Source: Methanoregulaceae archaeon (GTDB lineage: Archaea > Halobacteriota > Methanomicrobia > Methanomicrobiales > Methanospirillaceae). Taken from it: 64,000 nt of DNA. Position numbers and translations under genes: made by a program. Where the stretch lies: positions 14,407 through 78,406 of the forward strand of contig JBFXGJ010000002.1 in the NCBI GenBank assembly GCA_050178135.1. Direction: 5' to 3'. Numbering within the stretch: position 1 is the first letter of the stretch; the number at the start of each line of letters is the position of its first letter. This document shows, one piece after another, positions 9,401 to 19,468 of the stretch. A model generated the notes under the pieces. It was not told the origin of the DNA. It saw only the letters and a program-made list of their open reading frames with translations, and did not search any database.

Positions 9401-9814
9401 GTGAATAGCTCGATAACATTGAACCTGATCACCCAGCGTGCCATCGAAGAAGGTGTCGCGATGGAGAAAGGCAAGACAACGCCGGAGTACTTCGAGGCCT
9501 GCTCGATCATCGAGATGAACCTCGAAGACATCCGGCGACTCGGGATCTTTCGGAATACCAACGTACGCGTGACGAGCGAGTCGGGATCGGTCATCGTCAA
9601 GGCCGTCGTTGCCGGCCAGTTCTGCCCACCGGGGCTGGCCCATATACGTCAGGGGGTCTGGGCAAACCAGGTTGTCCCACCACGGACCCAGTCTACGGGC
9701 GTGCCGCAGTACAGCGGTTTTCCCGTGACCGTTGAACCCGCGCCGGGAGAGCGGATCAAATCAGCACTCGAATGTGTCCAGGGAGCCTGCGGGCTCTGGA
9801 ACGGAGGTACATAA
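9401..9814 (+). CDS. fwdD: formylmethanofuran dehydrogenase subunit D
   Basis: GTG start after the RBS-like string ggtgaggtga. About 137 aa with a molybdopterin-dinucleotide-binding-type domain, placed directly before fwdB. W versus Mo isoenzyme cannot be told from sequence. Confidence 0.8.
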   Translation: MNSSITLNLITQRAIEEGVAMEKGKTTPEYFEACSIIEMNLEDIRRLGIFRNTNVRVTSESGSVIVKAVVAGQFCPPGLAHIRQGVWANQVVPPRTQSTGVPQYSGFPVTVEPAPGERIKSALECVQGACGLWNGGT

Positions 9815-9816
9815 CT

Positions 9817-11190
9817 ATGCCAGTCACCCATACCCAGGTCGGGTGCCCGTACTGTGGCGCCTCATGCGATGACCTCGAGATCGTCGTCTCGGACGACGGC
9901 AAGGAGGTTCTCGAGGTCAGGAACGCCTGTGCGATCGGCAACGAGATCTTCCACCATGCCACAAAACCAGGGCGAGTGAAACTCCCCCGCCTTCGCCAGG
10001 AGGACGGAACTTATAAGGATATCTCGTACGACGAGGCGGTCGATTACACAGCCAGGGTGCTCATCGCTGCGAAGAAGCCCGTGATTTACGGCTTCGGATC
10101 GACCAACTGCGAGGCGATGGCCGCTGTCGGGCGCGTGGCCGAGAAGGGTGGCGCGGTCCTCGACAACTGTGCCTCGATCTGCCATGGCCCGTCGTTTCTT
10201 GCGATCTTCGATAACGGCTACCCGAGCTGCACACTCGGCGAGGTCAAGAACAGGGCCGACGTGATCATCTACTGGGGGTGCAACCCGATGCACGCCCATC
10301 CGCGCCACGCTTCGCGGTACGCGGTCTTCCCCCGTGGTTTCTTCACCCGAAAAGGGCACAAGAACCGGACCGTGATCTGCATCGACCCACGCGAAACCGA
10401 TACGGCGAAGATCGCGAACCTTCACCTGATGGTGAAGCAGGGGCACGACTATGATCTCTTCAACGCCTTCAGGACGGCACTCCGGGGACACGAGATCCCC
10501 GAGGAGGTCGCCGGGGTCCCGCGAGAGCAGATCCTCGAAGCGGTCGAGGCGATGAAGAAGGGGCGATTCGTCTCGATCTTCTACGGGATGGGCCTCTGTC
10601 ACTCGGACGGTAGGAACCACAACGTGGATATAGCTATCAGCCTGACCCGCGACCTGAACGCGGTCACCAAGGCGACGATCATGGCCATGCGCGGTCATTA
10701 CAACATTGCCGGCCCGGGCCAGGTATGGTCCTGGTCGTACGGCTTCCCATACTGCATCGACCTCTCGAAGGGGTCCGTCGCGCACATGAACCCCGGTGAC
10801 ACCTCGTCGATCGACCTTGCCATGCGCGGCGATTGCGACGCTTTCGTCAACGTCGGGACCGACGCGGGTGCACATTTCCCGATCCCGGCGGTCAAGCAGC
10901 TCCGAAAGCACCCGTGGATCACGATCGACCCGAATATCTGCATGGCGTCCGAGATCTCGGACCTCCATATCCCCGTCGCTATCGTCGGCGTCGAGGAAGG
11001 GGGCGTGGTCTACCGTATGGACAACGTTCCGATCCAGTTCAAGAAGGTACTTGAACCCCCCGAGGGCGTGATCAGTGACGAGGAACTCTTCAACCGGATC
11101 TATGTCCGGATGTGCGAGCTGACCAGGACCGAGCCCATCTGGGTCCACCACCCGGCCCTCGATGTGGCGAAGGCCGCAACGGAGGAGTAA
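9817..11190 (+). CDS. fwdB: formylmethanofuran dehydrogenase subunit B (Cys-type, no in-frame TGA)
   Basis: ORF 9772-11190. ATG 9817 gives MPVTHTQVGCPYCGASCDDLEIVV (N-terminal Fe-S Cys motif) followed by a molybdopterin oxidoreductase-like body. Confidence 0.85.
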   Translation: MPVTHTQVGCPYCGASCDDLEIVVSDDGKEVLEVRNACAIGNEIFHHATKPGRVKLPRLRQEDGTYKDISYDEAVDYTARVLIAAKKPVIYGFGSTNCEAMAAVGRVAEKGGAVLDNCASICHGPSFLAIFDNGYPSCTLGEVKNRADVIIYWGCNPMHAHPRHASRYAVFPRGFFTRKGHKNRTVICIDPRETDTAKIANLHLMVKQGHDYDLFNAFRTALRGHEIPEEVAGVPREQILEAVEAMKKGRFVSIFYGMGLCHSDGRNHNVDIAISLTRDLNAVTKATIMAMRGHYNIAGPGQVWSWSYGFPYCIDLSKGSVAHMNPGDTSSIDLAMRGDCDAFVNVGTDAGAHFPIPAVKQLRKHPWITIDPNICMASEISDLHIPVAIVGVEEGGVVYRMDNVPIQFKKVLEPPEGVISDEELFNRIYVRMCELTRTEPIWVHHPALDVAKAATEE

Positions 11191-11191
11191 G

Positions 11192-12898
11192 ATGACCGAA
11201 CTGTTCATTCGGAATGGGGCGGTCTTCGACCCGACGCGGGGAATCGACGGCGACGTGATGGATGTCGCGATCCGCGACGGCCGGATCGTGGAATCGGTCG
11301 GGTCCAGTGCGAAGGTGATCGACGCCACCGGTAAGACCGTGATGGCCGGCGGGGTGGACGTTCACTCCCATGTCGCCGGTCCGAAGGTGAACGCGGGCCG
11401 GACGATGCGCCCCGAGGACAAACTCTTCAAGAGCCCGATGGCCTCCGGTGGCAACCGGATGGAGATGGGCTTCTCGATCCCCTCGACCTTCAAGACCGGG
11501 TACGATTACGCTCGGATGGGGTACGCGTTTGTAATGGAGGCCGCGATGCCGCCGCTCCATTCACCGCATGTCCACGAGGAGATTCACGACACGCCGATCA
11601 TCGACGAGGGGGCCCTGCCTGTCTTCGGCAATAACTGGTTCGTGCTGGAGTATCTCAAGCGAAAAGAGATTGAGAACGCGGCGGCTTACACCGCCTGGCT
11701 TCTCAAGGCCTCGAAGGGGTACGGCATCAAGGTCGTGAATCCGGGCGGCACCGAGGCGTGGGGTTGGGGCCTGAACTGCCTCACCCTTGACGACGAGGTA
11801 CCGTACTTCCAGATCACTCCAAAGGAGATCATCAGCGGCCTGATCCAGACCAACGAATACCTCGGTCTCCCGCACTCGATCCATATCCACCAGAACGATC
11901 TCGGGAACCCCGGCAATTATCGGACCACCATCGACTCGCTCAGGCTTGCAGAGGGCGTGAGGGCGAACAACCGGTTTGGCCGCGAGCAGGTGATGCACTC
12001 GACCCACCTGCAGTTCCACGCCTATGGTGGCGACTCGTGGGCCACGTTCGAATCGCGGGCCCGCGAGGTGGTGAACTACGTCAATCATCAGAAGAATATC
12101 ACGTTCGACCTCGGGTGCGTCACCCTCGACGAGACGACGACCATGACGGCCGACGGTCCCTTCGAGCATCACCTCAATGGGCTCAACCATCTGAAGTGGA
12201 CAAACGTCGACGTCGAGCTCGAGACAGCTGCGGGTGTTGTCCCGTATGTGTACGACCCAAAGATAAAGGTCTGTGGGATACAGTGGGCGATCGGCCTCGA
12301 ACTCGCCCTCCTGTGCGAGGACATGAACCGTTGTTTCATCACCACCGATCACCCGAACGCTGGGCCGTTCACACGCTACCCCCGCATCTACAGCTGGCTG
12401 ATGTCTCAGAAATATCGCCAGGCGACGCTTGATTCGTTCAAGCACAGCGCCAAGGTCACAGCGGCGACTGAGATCGCGTCGCTCGACCGGGAACTGACCC
12501 TGTACGAGATCGCCCAGATGACCCGCTCGGGACCGGCACAAGCCCTCGGGCTCGGAGACTTCTACGGTGGTCTCGCACCCGGCATGGACGGGAACGTCGT
12601 GGTCTACAACCTGGACCCGAACGAACTCCCCTCCGACCCTGAACAGCTCGAGGCGGCTTTCCAGCGGGCATCCTGGTTCATCAAGACCGGCGATATCGTC
12701 GTGAAGGATGGCGAGATCATGAGCCACGGCAACAAGCGGACCCTCTGGGTCAGGGCGAAGACCCCCGAGAACCCCCAGGTCCGCCGTGATATCCACGACA
12801 AGTTCCTGAAGGACTACACGGTGGGACTCGACAACTACGAGGTGCGCGACTACCTGGCGCCCAACCCGTATGTGATCGAGGTCGACATGGAGGCCTGA
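11192..12898 (+). CDS. fwdA: formylmethanofuran dehydrogenase subunit A (amidohydrolase fold)
   Basis: ORF 11162-12898. ATG 11192 gives MTELFIRNGAVFDP. Amidohydrolase metal motif GGVDVHSHV. Lies between fwdB and fwdC. Confidence 0.85.
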   Translation: MTELFIRNGAVFDPTRGIDGDVMDVAIRDGRIVESVGSSAKVIDATGKTVMAGGVDVHSHVAGPKVNAGRTMRPEDKLFKSPMASGGNRMEMGFSIPSTFKTGYDYARMGYAFVMEAAMPPLHSPHVHEEIHDTPIIDEGALPVFGNNWFVLEYLKRKEIENAAAYTAWLLKASKGYGIKVVNPGGTEAWGWGLNCLTLDDEVPYFQITPKEIISGLIQTNEYLGLPHSIHIHQNDLGNPGNYRTTIDSLRLAEGVRANNRFGREQVMHSTHLQFHAYGGDSWATFESRAREVVNYVNHQKNITFDLGCVTLDETTTMTADGPFEHHLNGLNHLKWTNVDVELETAAGVVPYVYDPKIKVCGIQWAIGLELALLCEDMNRCFITTDHPNAGPFTRYPRIYSWLMSQKYRQATLDSFKHSAKVTAATEIASLDRELTLYEIAQMTRSGPAQALGLGDFYGGLAPGMDGNVVVYNLDPNELPSDPEQLEAAFQRASWFIKTGDIVVKDGEIMSHGNKRTLWVRAKTPENPQVRRDIHDKFLKDYTVGLDNYEVRDYLAPNPYVIEVDMEA

Positions 12899-12900
12899 GC

Positions 12901-13704
12901 ATGGCAACGATCAGATTGAGACCGATTGCACAGCCTGACCTCTGCATCGACTGCTATGCCATCAGCCCCGATGCGATGGCGGGGAAGACCGCGCTTGAGA
13001 TCGCCGATCTCGAGATCTGGGAGGGCAAGATCAAGACCCGTCTCGGTGACTTCTTCGAGATTGACGGGGCTGGAGGCTCGATACCGGCAGAGACAGAGAT
13101 CGTGATCGACGGCGATGTCTCTCGCGCGAAGTACATCGGCTACAAGATGACCGGCGGATCGGTCACCGTCAAGGGAAATGTGGACATGTACCTTGGCGGG
13201 TGGATGAAGGGCGGGACGATCCATGTCCTGGGTGATGTCGATTCGTTCTGCGGCATCCAGATGGAAGGAGGCGAGATTGTGGTTGACGGACGTGCACAGA
13301 ACCATGTCGGGTGCTCGTACCGCGGCGATTGGCGCGGGATGCGCGGTGGCATCCTCAGGATCCGTGGCGACGCCGGCAACGACATCGGGACCTTCATGAA
13401 CGGGGGGACGATCGTGATCGAGGGCGATGCCTTCATCCACGTCTCGACGCATGCAGAGGGCGGCACGGTGATCATCAAGGGCGACGTCCAGGGACGGGTC
13501 GGCGGCCAGATGGTCAAGGGAGATATCTACGTGCTCGGATCGATCCAGCATATGCTCCCCGGGTTCAAGAGGGTCGAGAGCGTCGAGAGGGATGTCGACG
13601 GTCAGCTCTACAAACTCGACCACTTCATTGGTGATCTCGGTGAGCGCCACCCGACCGTGAAGGGCCAGGAAGTCTATGGACATCTCTATGTTCGGGCGTC
13701 CTGA
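12901..13704 (+). CDS. fwdC: formylmethanofuran dehydrogenase subunit C
   Basis: Repeated GltB-C-like beta-helix units (GGSVTVKGNVDMYLGGWMKGGTIHVLGDV, GGTVIIKGDVQGRVGGQMVKGDIYV). Confidence 0.85.
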   Translation: MATIRLRPIAQPDLCIDCYAISPDAMAGKTALEIADLEIWEGKIKTRLGDFFEIDGAGGSIPAETEIVIDGDVSRAKYIGYKMTGGSVTVKGNVDMYLGGWMKGGTIHVLGDVDSFCGIQMEGGEIVVDGRAQNHVGCSYRGDWRGMRGGILRIRGDAGNDIGTFMNGGTIVIEGDAFIHVSTHAEGGTVIIKGDVQGRVGGQMVKGDIYVLGSIQHMLPGFKRVESVERDVDGQLYKLDHFIGDLGERHPTVKGQEVYGHLYVRAS

Positions 13705-13785
13705 ATTGGAAAGGTCTGGCGATCAGGATCTGTCCTGCCGGCCCCCCTCCCCCCTCTCCAGCAGGCCAGGACAGGCGGAGATCAC

Positions 13786-14541
13786 ATGAGCGGTGAGGAT
13801 CCGGGGGCGGCATTTGTCTCAGCAACCTCCTACCCCGACTATTCGACGACCGACCAGCTTCGGGGGCTTCCACAACCCCCGTTCGAGCTCCCAGTTCCGC
13901 CGAACGCGACGATCATGCCCCTCCCTGAGCCAGGTGAGGTTCGGGTGGCGCAGGTGTCAGTCCGGGACGCCCTGGAGTGGTGGGAACCGACAGGGATGCT
14001 TCACCGCACCGAGATAACGATCGAGGACCTTTCGTTCCTTCTCTGGTGCACCCAGGCGGTCAGGGAACTCTCAGGTGGCGAACGTGTCACGCTTCGGAAT
14101 GTCCCGTCCTGCGGTATGCGGCATCCGCTGGAGACCTATCTCGTGGTGAATGCGGTTCGGGGGCTCTCTCCGGGTTTGTGGCGGTATCTCCCGCTTACCC
14201 ACAGGCTTGTCTTCCTCTCCGGGGACTCGGAACTCACTGACAGTCTGGCTGCAGCGTGCATGAACGTCCCGGGTGTCCACTTTGCTGCGGTCACGTTCGC
14301 CTGGACGGCCGTTCCGTACCGGGCGACATGGGCTCTCGGGGCACGCGGGTATCGCGGTCTCTTCATCGATGCCGGCACCGTCTGCCAGGCGCTCGTGATG
14401 GCTTCTGCAAGCGTCGGGTGCGAAGTACGACCGATCAACCTCTTTCATGACGCACTCGTCTCTCGCCTGATTGGGTGTGATGGGACAATCGAGTTCCCAG
14501 TCCAGCTGGCGGCCGTCGGGAGGCGCGAATCCCGTCTCTGA
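13786..14541 (+). CDS. SagB/ThcOx-type nitroreductase family protein
   Basis: Motif PSCGMRHPLETYLVVNAVRGLSPGLWRYL, typical of SagB-type dehydrogenase domains. Confidence 0.6.
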   Translation: MSGEDPGAAFVSATSYPDYSTTDQLRGLPQPPFELPVPPNATIMPLPEPGEVRVAQVSVRDALEWWEPTGMLHRTEITIEDLSFLLWCTQAVRELSGGERVTLRNVPSCGMRHPLETYLVVNAVRGLSPGLWRYLPLTHRLVFLSGDSELTDSLAAACMNVPGVHFAAVTFAWTAVPYRATWALGARGYRGLFIDAGTVCQALVMASASVGCEVRPINLFHDALVSRLIGCDGTIEFPVQLAAVGRRESRL

Positions 14542-14973
14542 AACGATCCCCCCACCTCCCATCGTCTCTCTCGTTACCGGAGGTTTTCAGTACATCATTT
14601 TTCATTAATACACAAGATTAATTAATGATAAGTGTTCTACTTTTATCCGGTATCGTCCCGATTCCGCACCCGTCCGCGTCACTCTGCCACCACGCCGGGC
14701 GGGCGATCGTCAGGCACATCCCGGTCAACCGGGTGCTTGCCTGTCGTACGGGCCGGGGCATGCCAGAAGAAACACAACCGGGATGGAGATACTGGGGACG
14801 TTTCGATCCCGCCCAAGTCATCGGTAACTGACTTTTTGCCGGCCGGCCTTCCAGGCCTGTCGGCTCTCATTCTCGAGATCGATGTGGTTGCTGATGCAGG
14901 TCGTGAAAAATTAGAAAAGAGATCCGCTGTAGGGGCTGGAGGCCCGGATGGAGGGACTCGGGCCTGTTCCTAT

Positions 14974-15612
14974 TCAAGCGATGGGGTCGTAGTACGGTTC
15001 GTCTCGACAGAGAGCGCAGGTGCCGTCCACCAGGAGATTGTCGGGCACAAGTTCGCCGCAGCAGGAGCAGCGCCCCGCGTCCCAGCCCGTCCGCTGGGTC
15101 ACACGGACCCTGACACGCTCCACCTGTAAACAGTCTCTGGTTCCCTGCAGGATCTCGTCGAAGAGCTGCCCCGTCATAGTACGCTTATCGAAACCCGGGT
15201 CGTGCATAAACCATGCATAATACACCGGGAGTACTTTCATACGCTCTTCATCGAGGAAGACGCGGACCGCCTCGGCGCTCGATTCCAGGCTCGGACGATT
15301 CATGGTGATCGCGAACCTGCCGGCGTGAAGCACCCGGAGTCGGTTGTTGCCGATAGTGCAGTGGGCGATCACCTGGAGTGCATCGGGAAGGCATTTCTTT
15401 GTCTCCGCGACGGCGAAGAGCTTCTCACCAGGGGATGCGCCGAGCTCGGCAAGCGCCCGTTCGACCATGAAGATTCCCATTAGTAGCCCGGGGGCGGGAT
15501 AGGTATGGAACTCGCTACACCGGGCGATGGTCTCGATGATCGAGTCTGAAAGTCCGGCTTTGCGAGCATGTGACAGGACACCGGAGGGATCGGTTTCGTC
15601 TCTTGATGACAT
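14974..15612 (-). CDS. fmdE: FmdE/FwdE family protein
   Basis: ORF 14974-15660, with ATG 15612 (MSSRDE...) preferred. Motifs FHTYPAPGLLMG, CLPDALQVIAHCTIGNNRL and C-terminal zinc-ribbon CSCCGE...CALC. Confidence 0.75.
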   Translation of the reverse strand: MSSRDETDPSGVLSHARKAGLSDSIIETIARCSEFHTYPAPGLLMGIFMVERALAELGASPGEKLFAVAETKKCLPDALQVIAHCTIGNNRLRVLHAGRFAITMNRPSLESSAEAVRVFLDEERMKVLPVYYAWFMHDPGFDKRTMTGQLFDEILQGTRDCLQVERVRVRVTQRTGWDAGRCSCCGELVPDNLLVDGTCALCRDEPYYDPIA

Positions 15613-15679
15613 GGATGATAATTGGGATGAACCCTTTAAACACATTTCCCAAATTAACATGTTTCATCTTTTATCACGC

Positions 15680-15704
15680 ATGTCCTGATCTGCGCGCAGG
15701 ACAT
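15680..15704. promoter_or_regulatory. 8-bp perfect inverted repeat ATGTCCTG-N9-CAGGACAT between fmdE and fdhA
   Basis: Read directly from the sequence in the AT-rich divergent intergenic region 15613-15858. Confidence 0.3.
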
Positions 15705-15858
15705 TTACGGGGTATTTATCGATTAATATCGGTGGACTTCAATATAGAAGTTAATAAATTTATGTTTACCTGGGGGGAATGTTTTTTAAAATGGTCCGTG
15801 TCAGATCAACATTGTCACGACCATGCCGGTCTCACGGCTGGTATGACCAACAGGATTG

Positions 15859-17934
15859 ATGACTGTGAGCACAACAGAATCAGAAGAACTGAAGTATGTG
15901 CCGACGACCTGCCCGTACTGCGGCGTGGGTTGCGGCCTGAACCTCGTCGTAAAGGGCAATACGCTCCTGGGCGTCGAGCCCTTCAAGCGGAGCCCCGTGA
16001 ACGAGGGTAAGCTCTGTCCGAAGGGAGAGACCTGCTGGGAGCACGTCCAGAAGCCTGAACGGTTGACCACCCCCTTGATCAAGAAGGACGGAAAGTTCGT
16101 CGAGGCGAGCTGGGACGAAGCGCTCGGCCTGATCGCCTCTAAGTTTAAGGAGACCTCCGACAAGTACGGTCCCAAGTCGCTCGGGTTCCAGGTCTCCTGT
16201 AGGACCGTGAACGAGGACTGCTACGCGATGCAGAAGTTCGCCCGTGTCGCGTTCCAGACCAACAACGTCGACAACTGCGCCCGTATCTGCCACGGGCCGT
16301 CCGTCGCCGGCCTTTCGCTCTCGTTCGGCTCCGGTGCGGCGACCAACCCGTTCCACGACGTCCTGAACTCCGACCTGATCATGCTCATCGGCTCGAACCC
16401 GGTCGAGGCTCACCCGCTTGCGGGGAGGCGCGTCGCCCAGGCGAAGCTGAAGGGGATCCCGATCCTTGTCTGCGATCCGCGGTACTCCGCCACCGCTCGC
16501 CTCGCTGATGACTGGCTCCGGTACAACCCCTCGACGCACATCGCCCTGATCAACTCGATGATCTACTGGATCATCAAGGAGAACAAGCACGACAAGGAGT
16601 TCATCGAGAAGCGCACGAAGGGCTTCGAGGAACTCAAGGCGATGGTCGAGAAGTACGCGGACGTCGAGGAGATCACCGGAGTCAAGCCTGAACGTGTTCG
16701 GGAGATCGCGCTCAGGTACGCTGAGGCCAAGAACGCCGTTATCATCTACTGCCTCGGGATCACCGAATTGACCACCGGCACGGACAACGTCCGTTCATGT
16801 GCCAACCTCTCGATGGTCTGCGGTAATATCGGGCGCGAGGGAGTGGGCGTCAATCCGCTCCGCGGCCAGAACAACGTCCAGGGCGCCTGCGATATGGGTG
16901 CGTACCCGAACGTCTTCTCGGGGTACCAGGCCGTCGCGGTCGAGGACAACCGGAAGAAGATGGAGAAGGCCTGGGGTATGCCAGAGGGTTCCCTGCCCGA
17001 CTGGTACGGCCAGACGCTCACCGAGCAGATGTGGGCGACGGGCGAGACGGTCAAGGCGATGTGGATCATGGCACTGAACCCGGTCGTCTCGTACCCGAAC
17101 TCGAACGGGATCATGGAGGCCCTCAAGAGGCTCGACTTCCTCGTCGTCCAGGACATCTTCCGGACGGAGACGACGGAGTTCGCCGATGTCATCCTCCCCG
17201 GCACGTGTTTTGCCGAGAAGGACGGGACCTTCACCTCGGGCGAGCGGCGTATCAACCGCGTTCGGAAGGCGGTCGATGGTCCCGGGCAGTCTATCGAGGA
17301 CTGGAAGGTCTTTACCCTGCTCGCCAAGAAGATGGGCCTCAAGGGCTTCGAGTGGGAGACCGCAGAGGATGTCTGGAACGACATGCGCTCCGTGACACCC
17401 TCGATGTTCGGGTGCACCTTCGAACGCCTGAACAAGCCCGAATCGCTCCACTGGCCCTGTCCCACGTTCGAACACCCTGGCACTCCGATCCTGCACCGTG
17501 AGAAGTTCTCGGCGGCAGACGGCCTCGGCACGTTCTTCGGGCTCGAGTACCGCCCGCCGGCGGAAGTGGCCGATGCCGAGTACCCGTTCACCCTGATGAC
17601 GGGTCGTTTGATCTTCCACTACCACACGCGCACCCAGACCGCGCGTGCCGAGGTCCTCAACTACGAGGTCCCCGAGAACTACGTCCAGATCAACACCGAG
17701 GACGCGAAGCGCCTGGGCATCAAGGAGAACGAACACATCCTGGTCAAGTCCCGGCGTGGTGAGAGCCGACCGCTGGCCCGCATCACCGACGATGTGGCCC
17801 CAGGCGTGCTCTACATGGCGATGCACTTCCCACAGGGAGCCAACGCGCTGACGAACTACGCTCTTGACCCCCTCTCGAAGATGCCGGAGCTGAAGCACTG
17901 TGCTGTCTCTGTTGAGAAGATCACGGAGGCCTGA
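15859..17934 (+). CDS. fdhA: formate dehydrogenase alpha subunit (Cys-type)
   Basis: N-terminal CPYCGVGCGL Fe-S motif. The NCARICHGPSV block has Cys (TGC 16288-16290) where Sec-type enzymes have U. About 690 aa molybdopterin oxidoreductase. Confidence 0.9.
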   Translation: MTVSTTESEELKYVPTTCPYCGVGCGLNLVVKGNTLLGVEPFKRSPVNEGKLCPKGETCWEHVQKPERLTTPLIKKDGKFVEASWDEALGLIASKFKETSDKYGPKSLGFQVSCRTVNEDCYAMQKFARVAFQTNNVDNCARICHGPSVAGLSLSFGSGAATNPFHDVLNSDLIMLIGSNPVEAHPLAGRRVAQAKLKGIPILVCDPRYSATARLADDWLRYNPSTHIALINSMIYWIIKENKHDKEFIEKRTKGFEELKAMVEKYADVEEITGVKPERVREIALRYAEAKNAVIIYCLGITELTTGTDNVRSCANLSMVCGNIGREGVGVNPLRGQNNVQGACDMGAYPNVFSGYQAVAVEDNRKKMEKAWGMPEGSLPDWYGQTLTEQMWATGETVKAMWIMALNPVVSYPNSNGIMEALKRLDFLVVQDIFRTETTEFADVILPGTCFAEKDGTFTSGERRINRVRKAVDGPGQSIEDWKVFTLLAKKMGLKGFEWETAEDVWNDMRSVTPSMFGCTFERLNKPESLHWPCPTFEHPGTPILHREKFSAADGLGTFFGLEYRPPAEVADAEYPFTLMTGRLIFHYHTRTQTARAEVLNYEVPENYVQINTEDAKRLGIKENEHILVKSRRGESRPLARITDDVAPGVLYMAMHFPQGANALTNYALDPLSKMPELKHCAVSVEKITEA

Positions 17935-17936
17935 TC

Positions 17937-19190
17937 ATGGTCGCAAAGGGCGAGATGGTCTATGCCTGGACCAATGACCTGAACACTGCCGCGAAGGCAG
18001 AGTGCGGAGGGGCTGTCACCGGCCTCTGGAAGTATGCCCTCGAGAACAAGATCGTGGACGCGGTCTTCGCCGTCAAGAAGGGGTACGACCTCTACGACGC
18101 CGTTCCTGTCCTGGTCACCGACCCGAAGGAGCTCGACAACACGGCGGGCTCACTCCACTGCGGCACGCTCCTGATGTCGAAGCTGATCAAGAAGTACCTG
18201 AACGGTGCCAAGGACAAGAAGATCGGCGTCACCGTGAAGGGCTGCGACGCGATGGGCATCTACGAGCTGGCCAAGCGCGGCCAGATCAACCTGGACAACC
18301 TCTTCCTGATCGGTGTCAACTGCGGCGGGTCGGTCTCCCCGATCACCGCCCGGAAGATGATCGCCGAGAAGTTCGGGGTCGATCCCGACACCGTCGTGAA
18401 GGAGGAGATCGATAAGGGCCAGTTCATCATCCAGACCGCGGACGGCCAGCACAAGGGGATCTCGATCGACGAGCTCGAGGAGGAGGGCTACGGCCGACGC
18501 GCGAATTGCCGCCGTTGCACCATGAAGGTCCCTCGCCAGGCGGACATCGCCGCCGGGAACTGGGGCGTCATCGGTGAGAAAGCCGGCAAGGCGACCTTCC
18601 TCGAGGTATGCAGCGAGAAGGGCGCGGACCTGATCAACAAGGCCGCCGCCGCCGGCGCCATCTCGACCGAAGCCGCGAACCCGAAGGGGATCGAGATCCG
18701 GGGCAAGATCGAGAAGGCGATGTTCAAGCTCGCCGACAAGTGGCGTGCCCACGACTTCGAGGGGCTTGGCGAGGGCGATGACCGTCTTCGCTTCATCCTC
18801 GGTGAGACGAGCCGCTGTATCAAGTGCTACGCCTGCATCGAGAACTGCCCGATCTGTTACTGCGAGTCGTGCAGCACCAAGAACCCGGCGCTCGTCCCGC
18901 CGGGCCGTCTCCCGGTCAGCCCGATGTTCCACCTGATCCGCCTCGCCCACGTGGCGGACTCGTGTGTGAACTGCGGCCAGTGCGAGGAGAACTGCCCGAT
19001 GGAGATCCCGAACGCGCGGATAATGCATGCGAACCAGGTCGAGCTCTCGAAGATCTTCGGGTACAAGCCCGGACAGGACATGAAGCTCCCGATCCTGGCA
19101 CTCGTCGAGGAGAAGACCGAGCGCCGTCGCCTGGCAAACACCGGCGACGACCAGATCTACGAGAACGTCTTCAACCCACTCGCCGAGTAG
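17937..19190 (+). CDS. fdhB: formate dehydrogenase beta subunit (F420-reducing, FrhB-like plus 2x[4Fe-4S])
   Basis: Starts 2 nt after the fdhA stop. Cys clusters CIKCYACIENCPICYC and CVNCGQCEENCP. Confidence 0.85.
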   Translation: MVAKGEMVYAWTNDLNTAAKAECGGAVTGLWKYALENKIVDAVFAVKKGYDLYDAVPVLVTDPKELDNTAGSLHCGTLLMSKLIKKYLNGAKDKKIGVTVKGCDAMGIYELAKRGQINLDNLFLIGVNCGGSVSPITARKMIAEKFGVDPDTVVKEEIDKGQFIIQTADGQHKGISIDELEEEGYGRRANCRRCTMKVPRQADIAAGNWGVIGEKAGKATFLEVCSEKGADLINKAAAAGAISTEAANPKGIEIRGKIEKAMFKLADKWRAHDFEGLGEGDDRLRFILGETSRCIKCYACIENCPICYCESCSTKNPALVPPGRLPVSPMFHLIRLAHVADSCVNCGQCEENCPMEIPNARIMHANQVELSKIFGYKPGQDMKLPILALVEEKTERRRLANTGDDQIYENVFNPLAE

Positions 19191-19468
19191 GGCACTATGC
19201 GGGCGGCGGCACCGGCCATCTCCGGTCGGTCCTCGGACAAGGGCGCCGCCGCCCCTCCCCTCTTCTGCCCCCGTGGATCGGCCAGGCCGCTCGGCGTATC
19301 CCAGGCCGCGTCACGAGGTCACTTCCTGGATCCTGACCTGTTCTCCCGTTTCTTCACAGCCGGTCCGCCCCTGTTTGAACCCTGTTTCGGGGAATCTTTC
19401 AGCCCTCTCACGAAATTGATGCCGGCATTCGCGCCGAGACCGAACCTTTCTTCGGGCCGTCCTGCGCA

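Noticed and set aside
9862-12907. Two long minus-strand ORFs (9862-11328 and 11561-12907) opposite fwdB and fwdA
   Set aside because: The plus-strand frames encode unmistakable FwdB/FwdA sequences with tight operon spacing. The antisense translations are low-complexity and Arg/Asp/Val-rich.
14625-14831. 68-codon ORF in the orphan intergenic unit as a bona fide protein gene
   Set aside because: Its third-position GC is only moderate compared with neighbouring genes. No RBS-like purine run precedes the ATG, and the product has no recognisable features beyond a short hydrophobic N-terminus. It is kept only as an alternative under the ncRNA/small-unit finding.
16288-16290. Possible selenocysteine recoding in fdhA (and likewise in fwdB)
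   Set aside because: The active-site position in NCARICHGPSV is a TGC Cys codon, and neither gene contains an in-frame TGA. Both are therefore Cys-type enzymes and no SECIS search is needed.
19191-19468. 278-nt GC-rich spacer after fdhB as a possible RNA gene or small ORF (track ORF 19197-19472)
   Set aside because: There is no promoter-like AT-rich element, no convincing hairpins or T-run, and the ORF product is Pro/Ala/Arg-rich. It is most simply a 3-prime untranslated spacer.
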